This document shows, in pieces, positions 40,501-52,100 of a stretch of 64,000 bases of DNA. Source of the stretch: Obrimoposthia wandeli (taxonomy: Eukaryota); NCBI GenBank assembly GCA_977020255.1, contig CDROCS010006437.1, positions 1 through 64,000 of the forward strand, in the 5' to 3' direction. Within the stretch, counting starts at the first letter, position 1; every line of letters begins with the position of its first letter. The notes beneath the pieces were generated by a model. The model saw only the letters and a list, made by a program, of their open reading frames with translations. It searched no databases and was not told the DNA's origin. Both the position numbers and the translations under genes were made by a program.

Positions 40501-43500
40501 TCCTACTGCTGCTGTGTTTACTGCTGTGGAAACTATTGTTGCTGTTAAGCCTGTATCGTAATTGTCTGAAACTGTAGCGCCAAGTTCTGTGTACGCTGTG
40601 CCTACTTCAATCACCTGTGGAGTTGCTCCATCTAAAGTAATCACTGGTTTTTCTGTATCTACTACATTTACCGTTCGTACTACTTGTGTCGCTGCATTTC
40701 CACTGGCATCTGCTACATTGTATGTTACATTATAACTTCCTACAACTGCTGTGTTAACCGCTGTGGAAACTATTGTTACTGATAAGCCTGTATCGTAATT
40801 GTCTGAAACTGTAGCCCCAAGTTCTGTGTACGCTGTGCCTACTTCAATCACCTGTGGAGTTGCTCCATCTAAAGTAATCACTGGTTTTTCTGTATCTACT
40901 ACATTTACCGTTCGTGTTACTTGTGTCGCTGCATTTCCACTGGCATCTGCTACATTGTATGTTACACTATAACTTCCTACTACTGCAGTGTTTACTGAAG
41001 TGGAAACTATTGTTGCTGTTAAGCCTGTATCATAATTGTCTGAAACTGTAGCGCCAAGTTCTGTGTACGCTGTGCCTACTTCAATCACCTGTGGAGTTGC
41101 TCCATCTAAAGTAATCACTGGTTTTTCTGTATCTACTACATTTACCGTTCGTGTTACTTGTGTCGCTGCATTTCCACTGGCATCTGCTACATTGTTAGCA
41201 TTGTATGTTACTACACTTCCTCTTCCTACTGCTGCTGTGTTTACTGCTGTGGAAACTATTGTTGCTGTTAAGCCTGTATCATAATTGTCTGTAACTGTAG
41301 CCCTGCCTGTCCTCTATCAATAACTCCAGAGTTGCCCATCTAAAGCATGGTTTTTCTGTATCTACTAAGTTCTGTGTACTTGTGTCGCTGCATTTCCACT
41401 GGCATCTGCTACATTGTATGTTACTGTAACTTCCTACTGCTGCTGTGTTTATTTCAATTGCTGCTGTTAAGCCCGTATCATAATTGTTCGAAACTGTATC
41501 CTGCCCTGTGTACGCTGTGCCTAGCTCAGTCAAAGTAATCACTGTGAGCCCATCTAAAGTAATCACTGGTTTTTCTGTATCTACTACATTTACCGTTCGT
41601 TACAACATTTGCTCGTTCTGCATAGCTTCTACTGCTATATTACTAACTTCCTACTGCTGCTGTGTTTACCGAAGTGGAAACTATTGTTGCTGTTTCCGTT
41701 AGTGTGTAAATGCACTTATAACTGTGGAGTTGCTCCATCTAAAGTAATCACTGGTTTTTCTGGTACTACGTACATTTACCGTCTGTGTTCTTTCTAGCAT
41801 CTGCTACATTGTATGTTACGCTATAATCCTACTGCTGCTGTGTTTACTGCTGTGGAAACTATTGTCGTAATTGTCTGTGTCATAATTTTCACCTGAAACT
41901 GTAGCGCCAAGTTCTGTGTACGCTGTGCCTACTTCAATCACCTGTGGAGTTGCTCCATCTAAAGTAATCACTGGTTTTTCTGTATCTACTACATTTACCG
42001 TTCGTACTACTTGTGTCGCTGCATTACCACTGGCATCTGCTACATTGTATGTTACACTATAACTTCCTACTGCTGCTGTGTTTACTGCTGTGGAAACTAT
42101 TGTTGCTGTTAAGCCTGTATCGTAATTGTCCGAAACTGTTGCGCCTAGTTCTGTGTACGCTGTGCCTACTTCAATCACCTGTGGAGTTGCTCCAGTCAAA
42201 GTAATCACTGGTTTTTCTGTATCTACTACATTTACCGTTCGTACTACTTGTGTCGCTGCATTACCACTGGCATCTGCTACATTGTATGTTACACTATAAC
42301 TTCCTACTGCTGCTGTGTTTACTGCTGTGGAAACTATTGTTGCTGTTAAGCCTGTATCATAATTGTCTGTAACTGTAGCGCCAAGTTCTGTGTACGCTGT
42401 GCCTACTTCAATCACCTGTGGAGTTGCTCCATCTAAAAAGCCATCACTGGTTTCTGTATCTACTACATTTACCGTGTTACTTGTGTCGCTGCATTACCAC
42501 TGGCATCTGCCAAGCATTGTATGTTACACTATAACCTACTGCTGCTGTGTTTACTGCTGTGAAAACTATTGTTACAGCAGTTAATCTCTCGTGTACGCTA
42601 CTGTGTACGTGTACTGTGCCTACTTCCAATAATGGAGTTGCCCTGTTAAAAGTAATCACTGGTTTTCATGTATCTACTACATTGCCAGTTGCATTGCCAC
42701 TGGCATCTACTGCATTGTATTTACTATATTCCTGCGCGCTGTGTTTGCCACTGCTGTGAAACTATTGTTGCTGTTAGCCTGTATCGTAATTGTCTGAAAC
42801 TGTAGCATGGTTCTGTACGCTGTGCCTACTTCAATCACCTAATCACTGGTTTTTCTGTATCTACTACATTTACCGTTCTTTTCTTTGTATTCTGCATTTC
42901 CCTGGCATCTGCCATTGTATATTCCTATAACTTCCTACTGTAACTGTGTTTACCGCTGTACGAAACTATTGTTGCTGATAAGCCTGTATCGTAATTGTCG
43001 GCTTCGTGCGCCATTCTGTACGCTGTGCTAATACCTACTTCAATCACCTGTGGAGTTTGCTCCATCAAAGTAATCACTGGTTTTTCTGTATCTACTACAT
43101 ACATTTACCGTTCGTATTACTTGTGTCGCTGCATTACCACTGGCATCTGCGCACATTGTATGTTACACTATAACTTCCTACTGCTGCTGTGTTTACCGCT
43201 GTGGAAACTATTGTTGCTGTTAAGCCTGTATCATAATTGTCTGAAACTGTAGCGCCAAGTTCTGTGTACGCTGTGCCTACTTCAATAACCTGTGGAGTTG
43301 CTCCATCTAAAGTAATCACTGGTTTTTCTGTATCTACTACATTTACCGTTCGTGTTACTTGTGCCGCTGCATTTCCACTGGCATCTCTGCTACCATTGTA
43401 TGTTACATTATAACTTCCTACAACTGCTGTGTTAACCGCTGTGGAAACTATTGTTGCTGATAAGCCTGTATCGTAATTGTCCGAAACTGTTGCGTTAAGT

Positions 43501-45528
43501 TCTGTATAACTTGTTCCTACTTCTATTATCTGTGGAATTGCTCCTGTTAAAGTAATTACTGGTTTGGTTGTATCGACTACATTCACTGTTCGTGTTACTT
43601 GTGTCGCTGCATTTCCACTGGCATTGCTACATTACATATTTACGCTATCTCCTACTGCTGCTGTGTTAACCGCTGTGGAAACTATTGTTGCTGTTAAGCC
43701 TGTATCATAATTGTCTGCTTTGAAACTGTGGCGCGCCAAGTTTGTGTACGCTGTTGCCCCTGCTTCAATAACCTGTGGAGTTGCTCCATCCTAAAGTAAA
43801 TCACTAGGTTTTTCTGTATCATAATTGTTCGTGTACTACTTGTGCCGCTGCATTACTGTAGCGCCATCTGCTACTGTGTACGCTAATCCATGTTACTATA
43901 ACAACTCACCTGTGGAGTTGCTGCATCTAAAGTAATCACTGGCTTTTCTGTATCTACTACATTTACCGTTCGTGTTACTTGTGTCGCTGCATTTCCACTG
44001 GCATCTGCTACATTGTATGTTACGTATATATAACTCCCAAACTGTTGCCAAGTTCTGTGTACGCCTTTATTGCCTACTTCAATAACCTGTAGGTTATCTC
44101 CATCTAATCACTGGTTTTCTGTATCTACTACATTATACAAGTTCGTTGCCCTTCAACTGCATTACCACTAGCATCAGAAACATTGTATGTTACATTATAA
44201 CTTCCTACAACTGCTGTGTTAACCGCTGTGGAAACTATTGTTGCTGATAAGCCTGTATCGTAATTATCTGAAACTGCTTTTTCTTAAGTTCTGTGTACAC
44301 TGTACCTACTTCAATAACCTGTGGAGTTGCTCCAATCTGCTAATCACTGGTTTTCTGTATCTACTACATTTACCGTTCGTACCACTTGTGTCGCTGCATT
44401 ACCACTGGCATCTGCTGCATTGTATGTTACATATAACTTCCCTACTGCTGTGTTTACTGCTGTGGAAGCTATTGTTGCTGTTAATCCAGTGTCATAATTG
44501 TCTGAAGCTGTCTTTATGGTTCTGTAACATATGTACCTACTTCAATCACCTGTGGTGCTCCATCTAAAGTAATCACTGGTTTTTCTTATCTACTACATTT
44601 ACGTTCGTGTTACTTGTGTCGCTGCATTACCACTAGCATCACTAACATTGTATGTGTTTATAACTTTTCTACTATACTGTGTGAAACTATGTGCCTAATC
44701 AGTGTCATAATTGTCTGAAACTGTCGCATAAGTTCTGTGTACGCTGTGCCTACTTCAATCACCACCAATGAGTTGTATCTAAAGTAATCACTCGGTTTTG
44801 CAACATCTACTACATTTACCACTTGTTCGCTATTTCCTGATCTGCCGCTACTGCTGCTTGCTGTGTTTATGCATTGGCCAGGAAGCACTGTTGCTGTTAA
44901 GTACTGTAGCAATTGTCTGCACTGAACTGCTTTGGCGTCTTGCCGTAGCGGCCTAAGTTCTGTCTCACCACTTTGTATCTGAACTTCTACCCTAACTCTG
45001 CTTGCTAACCATCATCTAATGTACTTCTAAGAATGGTTTTCTGTATCTACTACATTTACCGTTCGTGTTACTTGTGTCGCTGCGCATTTCCACTGGCATG
45101 CTTACATTGTATGTTACGCTACTACTTTCCTACTGCTGTGTTTACTGCTGTAAACTATTGTCGCTGTTCAGCCTGTATCGTAATTGTCCGAAACTGTAGC
45201 CCCCAAGTTCTGTGTACGCTGTGCCTACTAATAACCTCTGTGGAGTTGCTCCATCTAAAGTAATCACTGGTTTTTCTGTATCTACTACATTTACCGTTCG
45301 TGTTACTTGTGTCGCTTTGCATTTACTGGCATCTGGTTTTACATTGTATGTTACGCTATAACTTCCTACTGCTGCTGTGTTTACCGCTGTGGAAACTATT
45401 GTTGCTGTTAGACCAATATCACAATTATCTGTAATACTAACACCCAACTCAGTATAACCTGAATTTACTTCTATAATTTGTGGAGTTGCTCCTGCCAACG
45501 TTATTACTGGTGAACTAGAATCCTCCAC
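36548..45528 (-). repeat. Tandem array of ~38-40 x 237-bp coding repeats (79-aa DUF5011-like Ig domain)
   Basis: Anchor CATCTAAAGTAATCACTGG at 36751 and 36988 (237 bp apart); about 40 PVITL-type anchors counted by hand up to 45500; clean and scrambled stretches alternate. Confidence 0.92.
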
Positions 45529-45529
45529 T

Positions 45530-45770
45530 GTAACAAGAGCTGAACATGTATCTGTTTGACTATTTGCATCAGTTACTGTTAATGTTACTGAAACTGGAGT
45601 TCCAATATTTGTACAGTTAAATGTATCAATATCTAAGCTATAATTTGTTATTGCAACATCATCTGTTGATCCATTATCAATTTGACTTGGTAAAATAGTT
45701 ACTGATCCACTATTGTCTAATTGTACTGTAATATTTTGGCATGAAGCAACGGGTGGAGATGAAGAATTGA
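45530..45770 (-). other. Ig/HYR-like domain coding segment missed by the ORF track
   Basis: Manual translation PPVASCQNITVQLDNSGSVTILPSQIDNGSTDDVAITNYSLDIDTFNCTNIGTPVSVTLTVTDANSQTDTCSALVTVEDSSSP, in frame with 45142..45528. Confidence 0.8.
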
Positions 45771-46398
45771 TTAAAATGATAATTCCCCACTGTATAATCT
45801 TCTAATCCTCCATCATAAATCTTTTTTAATTATATTTCCAACACTACTATGCGGGAATATTATTGTATCTCGCTGCAATTCTCATTTAGTATTATCCGTT
45901 ATCAGCAATTGAAGATGCACCAGCACACCATTATCAATACTAATTGATTAACTGGTGTAATACTTGTTTTTGGACATAGATTATCCAATAGTTACGGTGA
46001 AGTCTAGCATTAATTTCTGAAGATCAAAACTCCATTTCAAATATTAAATCCCATCCAAGCAGTCGCATGTCCAACATTTTTGCAACCAAAGACGTTTGAA
46101 AGATAATGTTTGGGGAAAGTATATTGATCCCTGGATTACAGTTGTTGACATTGCAATAAAATCTTGATAACCATTATTCTCTTTATTGTTGTGCATTGGA
46201 ATTATTAAAATACTTGTGTTCCAACCTGTATCAGAATTACCGCATTATCTCCCTCCCATAAACATTTTTCAAATAATTATCTCTGGTAGAACTAATACAG
46301 TTTGTGTGAAAATAGCGATGATGTTGTATATGCTGAAGTATTTGAAACACTACGCACGAGCGCACTTGTACCTTAATTTGATAATTCATGAAAAAGTG

Positions 46399-49071
46399 TT
46401 AAGCCCAGTTAAAGTGTGTTACTGTGGCTAAATTAGTCGTCAATACACCATCTGAAGAACCAACCACTCTATATCTTAAATCAGAAGTTGAAGAAGGAAT
46501 GTTATCCCAACCTATAGTAGCTTCTGAAGCATTAATTGATGAAGAGTTTAATCCTGCTGGTACACTTACTACACAAGGAATTTGAACGCCTATAATTTTA
46601 AAATCATCAATGAAAAATCCATCAGATGTTGTTGAATAATTTTCTGAAACATTGACTCCATCTGTCCTAAAATTAAATCTAATTTTAGCCGTACTTGAAT
46701 TAAGTAGAGAAAGGTAAGTATTGTCAATCGCGATTTCTTCCATCACCCAATTATCCATTCGATCACCATCGTAAATCTGACCAGAACTATTGGCTTGAAA
46801 ATTTGCGTAAGAACTACTTTTATTATCATGACTTGTAGTTGCACTAGTTGCGTTGGGCTTGGTATACTTCCCACTTAGTGATATCCAACTACTTCCACCA
46901 TCGGGTGAACCAAGAACTTCAACAAAATCATAATTTCTTTCAATATCCCATTTAGAATAAAATTGAATTAAAACTTCATTAGAATTAGAAAAATCATAAC
47001 TATTTGTAGTTGTTAATGTTTTTGTTGTATTATTAGAATATGTTCCCGTATTTAAAGAGTTATTATTAGAGTAAGCATCTGAAGTTGTATTGGTCCAACC
47101 ACCAGATTGTGTCCAACCTGTTAAGCCATTTGTATCTGGAATATGATCAAATAAAAGTGTAGGCTGATAATACTTCTCAAAATTCGCTTCATAAATATCA
47201 CCATTATCATTCGATAATTTAACATTATACTCTATTTTTTCATTAGCAGTGATCGTAGGATTTAATTGTAATGTACCAGTAACCTTTTTTTGCTCTAGAA
47301 CAGCTATGCCTGTTTGAGTTACAGGGGAAATAATACTTGAAATATTTGATGATATTGGTGTTATAGTAACAGTAAAATTACTAGCTGTTTGACCAACACG
47401 TTCAATACCGAAATCTAGGTTTGCTGTTGTACTTTCAATATTACTTTGAGTTAAGTCATGAAGTTTTGCATATTTCCCTCCATAATATGCAGTACCCAAA
47501 GAAATTCGCATAGACTGTTTTGCAATAGGAACTATAGTTGATGTAGAAGGCCAGAACGCTTCACTTCCATGCTCTGGTGTTGTACCTAGTATACCTTGCC
47601 CAGATCCAAAAGAACCATTAAGGTCTGCAACAGGGGGGTCTATACCATTATCGTAACTACCCGCCATCCAATCGTCAGGTAAACCATTAGATGAATAAAA
47701 TATAGTAGCTCCGTATAAATATCTATTATACCGTGTCATTTCTTCATGCCATCTATAAAACTCATCTTCTCTTCCTGATTTCTTGGTAGGAATACCACCA
47801 TAAGGATGTGGAACTGAGTTAGCAAAAGAGTGATTCCATACTGAAGTTTTAAAGTTTCGATTCAATATAAAATCTACCATTATCTGTGTTTCTGGTTCAG
47901 AAGCTCTACTTGGGCCTCTATAGGTTCCAGATGAAGCTGTTCCTGAAGAACCAACATTGTCATATCCCCAGAAATAATCAAAATTTCTATTCAAATCTAC
48001 ACCTCTATCGGGAGTAGTATTACTTGTACTACCAGTATTTGGTCTTAAATTTTTACGTTGGTATTGTCCTCCATCATCAACTAAACCATCTAAACGCGCA
48101 TCTAAGTGCTCATTCCATTTTAAACCATCAGGATTCACAACAGGAACAAAATATAATTCATTGTTATCTACCAATTCTTTAATTGCAGGATTGGTACTGT
48201 AGTTTTCAATAAGATACCACATAAAGTAAATGTTATTCATCAATGCACTTACCTCTCGTGAGTGTATCATAGATGTAAATAGCATTTGTGGTTTTGAATT
48301 TTCTGGAGTTCCACTTTGGTTTCCAGTTATTCTAACATACCAAATAGTTTCTGGGTTCCAAAATGTTTTACCGTCTCTATCTGGTTCATTTTCGAATGAA
48401 CTTGCGGTGCCTTGACCAGAATAGGTTAGACCATTATTAGTTGTTGAATTTGCGGGATTACCCCAAGTTGTTTGACCTGTAGAAGATGCACTTGCTTTTT
48501 GAGATACTATATTTAACCCGTTTGTTTGGGAATAGGTATACATGTCATCTAATTCAGATTTCATTTCACTAAATGTCAAACAGCCTTTCATACTCCCTAA
48601 ATTAAAATTATTAGGCAATACCCAGTCTACTTCGGCAACTCCACTATATTGCAGATAGTTATCCAATACAACACTCGTTATTGATGTTGGATTTTTGGCA
48701 CTAACTGTTGATTTTTTAGCTAATTTATTTTTTGCTTTTTCAGCCGCTAATTCTGCTTTAGCAATAGGTAACTCAATTGCTGCTCTTTCTGAATTATACT
48801 TCGCAAGGTCTTCAATTTCTACTGAATAAGTAATTTTTGCTTTGTTTAAACTTTCTAATTCAGATGAAGTAAGTTCCATAATTAAGCTATTATCTTCAAA
48901 AATAGCACCACAATGCAAATCAATACCTGCTTTTAGTAATTGAGTAATCTTTGATTCTGTAGGATTTTCAATTCTAACTCTTTTTCCTTTTGTATTGTCA
49001 AGAATTTTAGTTTGGGAAAAGACCAAAACTGTATTTAGCAATAAACATACTAATATAAGTTTAGCTTTCAT
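46399..49071 (-). CDS. M14 zinc carboxypeptidase (N-terminal part of the giant gene)
   Basis: Signal peptide; zinc ligands HSRE and NHSF; YQRKNLR; GVDLNRNF; catalytic Glu candidate in TPEHG; then a jelly-roll domain and the start of an FN3 domain that ends abruptly. Confidence 0.88.
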   Translation of the reverse strand: MKAKLILVCLLLNTVLVFSQTKILDNTKGKRVRIENPTESKITQLLKAGIDLHCGAIFEDNSLIMELTSSELESLNKAKITYSVEIEDLAKYNSERAAIELPIAKAELAAEKAKNKLAKKSTVSAKNPTSITSVVLDNYLQYSGVAEVDWVLPNNFNLGSMKGCLTFSEMKSELDDMYTYSQTNGLNIVSQKASASSTGQTTWGNPANSTTNNGLTYSGQGTASSFENEPDRDGKTFWNPETIWYVRITGNQSGTPENSKPQMLFTSMIHSREVSALMNNIYFMWYLIENYSTNPAIKELVDNNELYFVPVVNPDGLKWNEHLDARLDGLVDDGGQYQRKNLRPNTGSTSNTTPDRGVDLNRNFDYFWGYDNVGSSGTASSGTYRGPSRASEPETQIMVDFILNRNFKTSVWNHSFANSVPHPYGGIPTKKSGREDEFYRWHEEMTRYNRYLYGATIFYSSNGLPDDWMAGSYDNGIDPPVADLNGSFGSGQGILGTTPEHGSEAFWPSTSTIVPIAKQSMRISLGTAYYGGKYAKLHDLTQSNIESTTANLDFGIERVGQTASNFTVTITPISSNISSIISPVTQTGIAVLEQKKVTGTLQLNPTITANEKIEYNVKLSNDNGDIYEANFEKYYQPTLLFDHIPDTNGLTGWTQSGGWTNTTSDAYSNNNSLNTGTYSNNTTKTLTTTNSYDFSNSNEVLIQFYSKWDIERNYDFVEVLGSPDGGSSWISLSGKYTKPNATSATTSHDNKSSSYANFQANSSGQIYDGDRMDNWVMEEIAIDNTYLSLLNSSTAKIRFNFRTDGVNVSENYSTTSDGFFIDDFKIIGVQIPCVVSVPAGLNSSSINASEATIGWDNIPSSTSDLRYRVVGSSDGVLTTNLATVTHFNWA

Positions 49072-49117
49072 AATGTAGGGGTTTGGGGTTAAGTATTTTA
49101 ATTAATGTAATTTATGG

Positions 49118-52100
49118 TTATTCAAATATAATCTTTTTAGATAATTCACCTTTTTTTGTTGAAATTTTAACAACATAGACTCCTGTTATTGAGCTTATTG
49201 GTAAAGATAATTCTCTTCCTGATAAATTTCTATTCCAACTTTTAACGGTTTGTCCTAATATGTTAAAAATCTTTACCGATGCTATTTCTGCATTTATATT
49301 ATTTCTAATTTGCAATTCAGAAATAGCGTTATTCATAAATACGGAAATTCCGTTATTTAATATATCATCTTCAACACCTAGTGACTTTTGTGCCATAAAA
49401 ACTAAAGAAAATCTATCTAAATATTCTCCAGGGTCTAATGCTATTTCGAATGGGTTATTGCTAATATCAACAATATCACCTGTTAAATTATCTTTAATAA
49501 ATAAATTCATTTTGGAGTTTGTATTCTCCAATTCATCAATTTTTATTCTAGCTATTCCTGCAGTTTCAATTTTTAAGCCTAATAAAAACTCTTGATCTAC
49601 TCCAAAGTTATTAACTCCTTGAATTACAAACTTAGAATTACTAATAGACCAATACATATCCTCTTTATTAACATCAACAATAGGTGCATCATAGCCTAAA
49701 TCAAATCCATTGGTTGCATTTTCATCAAGTCCAATTACAATTTGTCTATGATATCCAGTTGGAGAATCAAACATCAATCTAATTTTGGATCTATTATCTA
49801 TTCGGGTTTTATTTTCTTCAGGAGAATTAGAGTTCTTAGATTTAGAATTCTTCATAAATACAGAATTTCCAACTGCCTCTCTTACAAAAACTCTTTGGCT
49901 ATTTTTAAAAGTAATGTCTCCACCTGATACAGTAGCAACTGTTGTTAATGCATTATCTACTTCAGTTGTTACTAAAAATGCTTGATTTACTGGAATATAC
50001 TGACCAGGTGTTTTTGTACCAACTGCTCCACTATTATTGATACGAATATCGTTTGATATTGCAGGAGCTCCTGCTGTTAAATTTCTTGTCGCATATCCTC
50101 CAACATAATCTGCCAAATAATGTGAATTTACTGGTCCAAAATGATCCCAAAAATAAATAGCTCCATTAAATACATTATTCCCACTCGCATGCCTTCCACT
50201 TAAATTATCCAATATAAATTCTCTCGAATCCATAGCTGAAGGATATGGGTTTCCAATTAACCTATTTTTTTCTTCAACAGATTTATCAAGTTCTAATAAA
50301 ATAGTTCCGTTATTTGGCTTTCCTCTAAATTTATAATTTTGAAATGTTCCAACAGTTACTGGACCTGAAGTTCCTTTCATAGTATACCCTTCTCCTGGTA
50401 ATAAAGTTGAATTCTCATCCATTGTTACCCAGGAGTTGTAATCATTAGCTGTTCCATAAAACTTAAACAACCAATAGGTACTAATCTTTCTTGGATTTGT
50501 AGGTGTGGCATCTGCATAAGTATACACAGGGTTAAAATCTAACCCTAATGGACTGCTAGTAGATGTACCATCCATAACATTTACTCCTAATGTAAAATTG
50601 TCATTAATGCTTGAAACTCCCAATCCTCTTGAAGTTTTTGAACTCGCACTAGAATTAACAGCCCCAACCGAAGAGGACCAATAATTATAATTAAAACTAT
50701 TTGCTGTCCCTTGTTGATCTTTATCTATATATCCACCACTATCCTGATCCAATACAGAACCTTCATCTTGTAATAACTGGGATTGACCTACTAAGTCTAT
50801 TTCGCCATCAATTTCTAAATAATGAGTTATTCTCAAACTTTGTCCATCATTATCTTCAATAGGAGTAGTTACTACTCCATCTGCAATAGTTATTTTTTCT
50901 GTTTTGTTTTTTAACCCTAATAAAGTAATATTTCTATCTCCTGAACTAATATCATGCTCTGTTTCTACAATATTCCAATCAATTGGAGTAGTATTATCTA
51001 CAATTGATAAACTATTTGTGTGTTTGGAACTTGTCATTTAACCAAGTTCCAGCCAATTCACCTACTCTGTTTTGATTTATATGTTTCTCATATAAATTAA
51101 AGAGCCGTTTGTCTATCTACTGTATTCAAATTTCTTAATGCACCTTGGTGTCCATTTCCTGATGCATCATTTGTATTTGTATAGGTGTAAACCGACATTG
51201 GATAATACCCTGCCAATTTGTTCCAAGGAACATTATCAATTTCATTTTTTGTAATTGCTTTAGGAACTACAGTTCCATTAACAAAGTTTCCATTATCTTC
51301 AATTTCTTGATTCATTACATATCTCAATTGATCAATTGAAAGAGCTGCATTCCAAACTCTAACCTCATCTATATTTCCTTTAAAATGAGCTTCAGGAGTA
51401 TTTTTACCTGCTGCAGCAATAAAAAATGATTGTGAATTTGAAGATGGGTTACTCAAAGAATTTACAGTTGAATCCAATATTCCATCAATATAAATATTTG
51501 CTGTACCTGAATTATAAATTACAGATACTTGGTGCCATTCATTTTCTGGAATTATTGTAGAAGATGTTATTATTTGGCTTCCTAAATTACCCCAAGACAT
51601 TTCTACTCTACCCGAATTATTAATTTTGGAAAATCTATCCTTCAGAATAACTCTTCTTTTTAGAAAGAATAGACGTTGATAAAGAACCTGCTTCTCTTTT
51701 TATCCAAGATGAAACCGTAAACTCAGAAGCATTTAAATCTAAGACATCTTCCATATCTACATAATCAACAATACCATCAAACTTTATTGATCGTACAACA
51801 ACCGTTTCCGGAGCATATCCAAAAGTGATATATTTAATACCATCAAAATCATAATCTGTATATAAATTCCCTCCTGTTTCAGTCATAACTCTATAATCTG
51901 ATGTTGGTGTAAAAACACCTGTTTCAGAAATAAACATTAAATAACTACCCGGAGGTGAAATATTTCTAACTGAGCTTTTAGGAATAGAGACTTTTACTTT
52001 TGGAATGTCGCCTCCATTTTCCTTTACTTTCCAAACACGCTGCATTCCTGTAAAATGAACATCAGTTATTAAAGCAGGTAAAATTTCTGAACTCATATTT

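Larger units (their letters stand above)
36266..49071 (-). other. Reconstructed giant T9SS gene (~4270 codons): M14 carboxypeptidase - FN3 - GEVED - Ig/HYR-like - ~38-40 DUF5011-like repeats - CTD, broken by many indels
   Basis: One signal peptide at 49071 and one CTD at 36266; recognisable domain fragments are continuous on the minus strand between them; no terminator or new signal peptide seen in between. Confidence 0.72.

Noticed and set aside
37395-45263. Many plus-strand ORFs (e.g. [15 protein letters not shown]..., MSETVAPSS...)
   Set aside because: Antisense shadows of the minus-strand repeat; they recur with the unit and have no independent signals.
36548-45528. CRISPR array or satellite
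   Set aside because: Units are 237 bp, contiguous, a multiple of 3, encode an Ig-like domain, have no unique spacers, and no cas genes are present.
46186-46431. Plus-strand 81-aa ORF as a separate gene between the peptidase and the repeats
   Set aside because: The region carries FN3/GEVED remnants on the minus strand; the plus ORF is a by-product.
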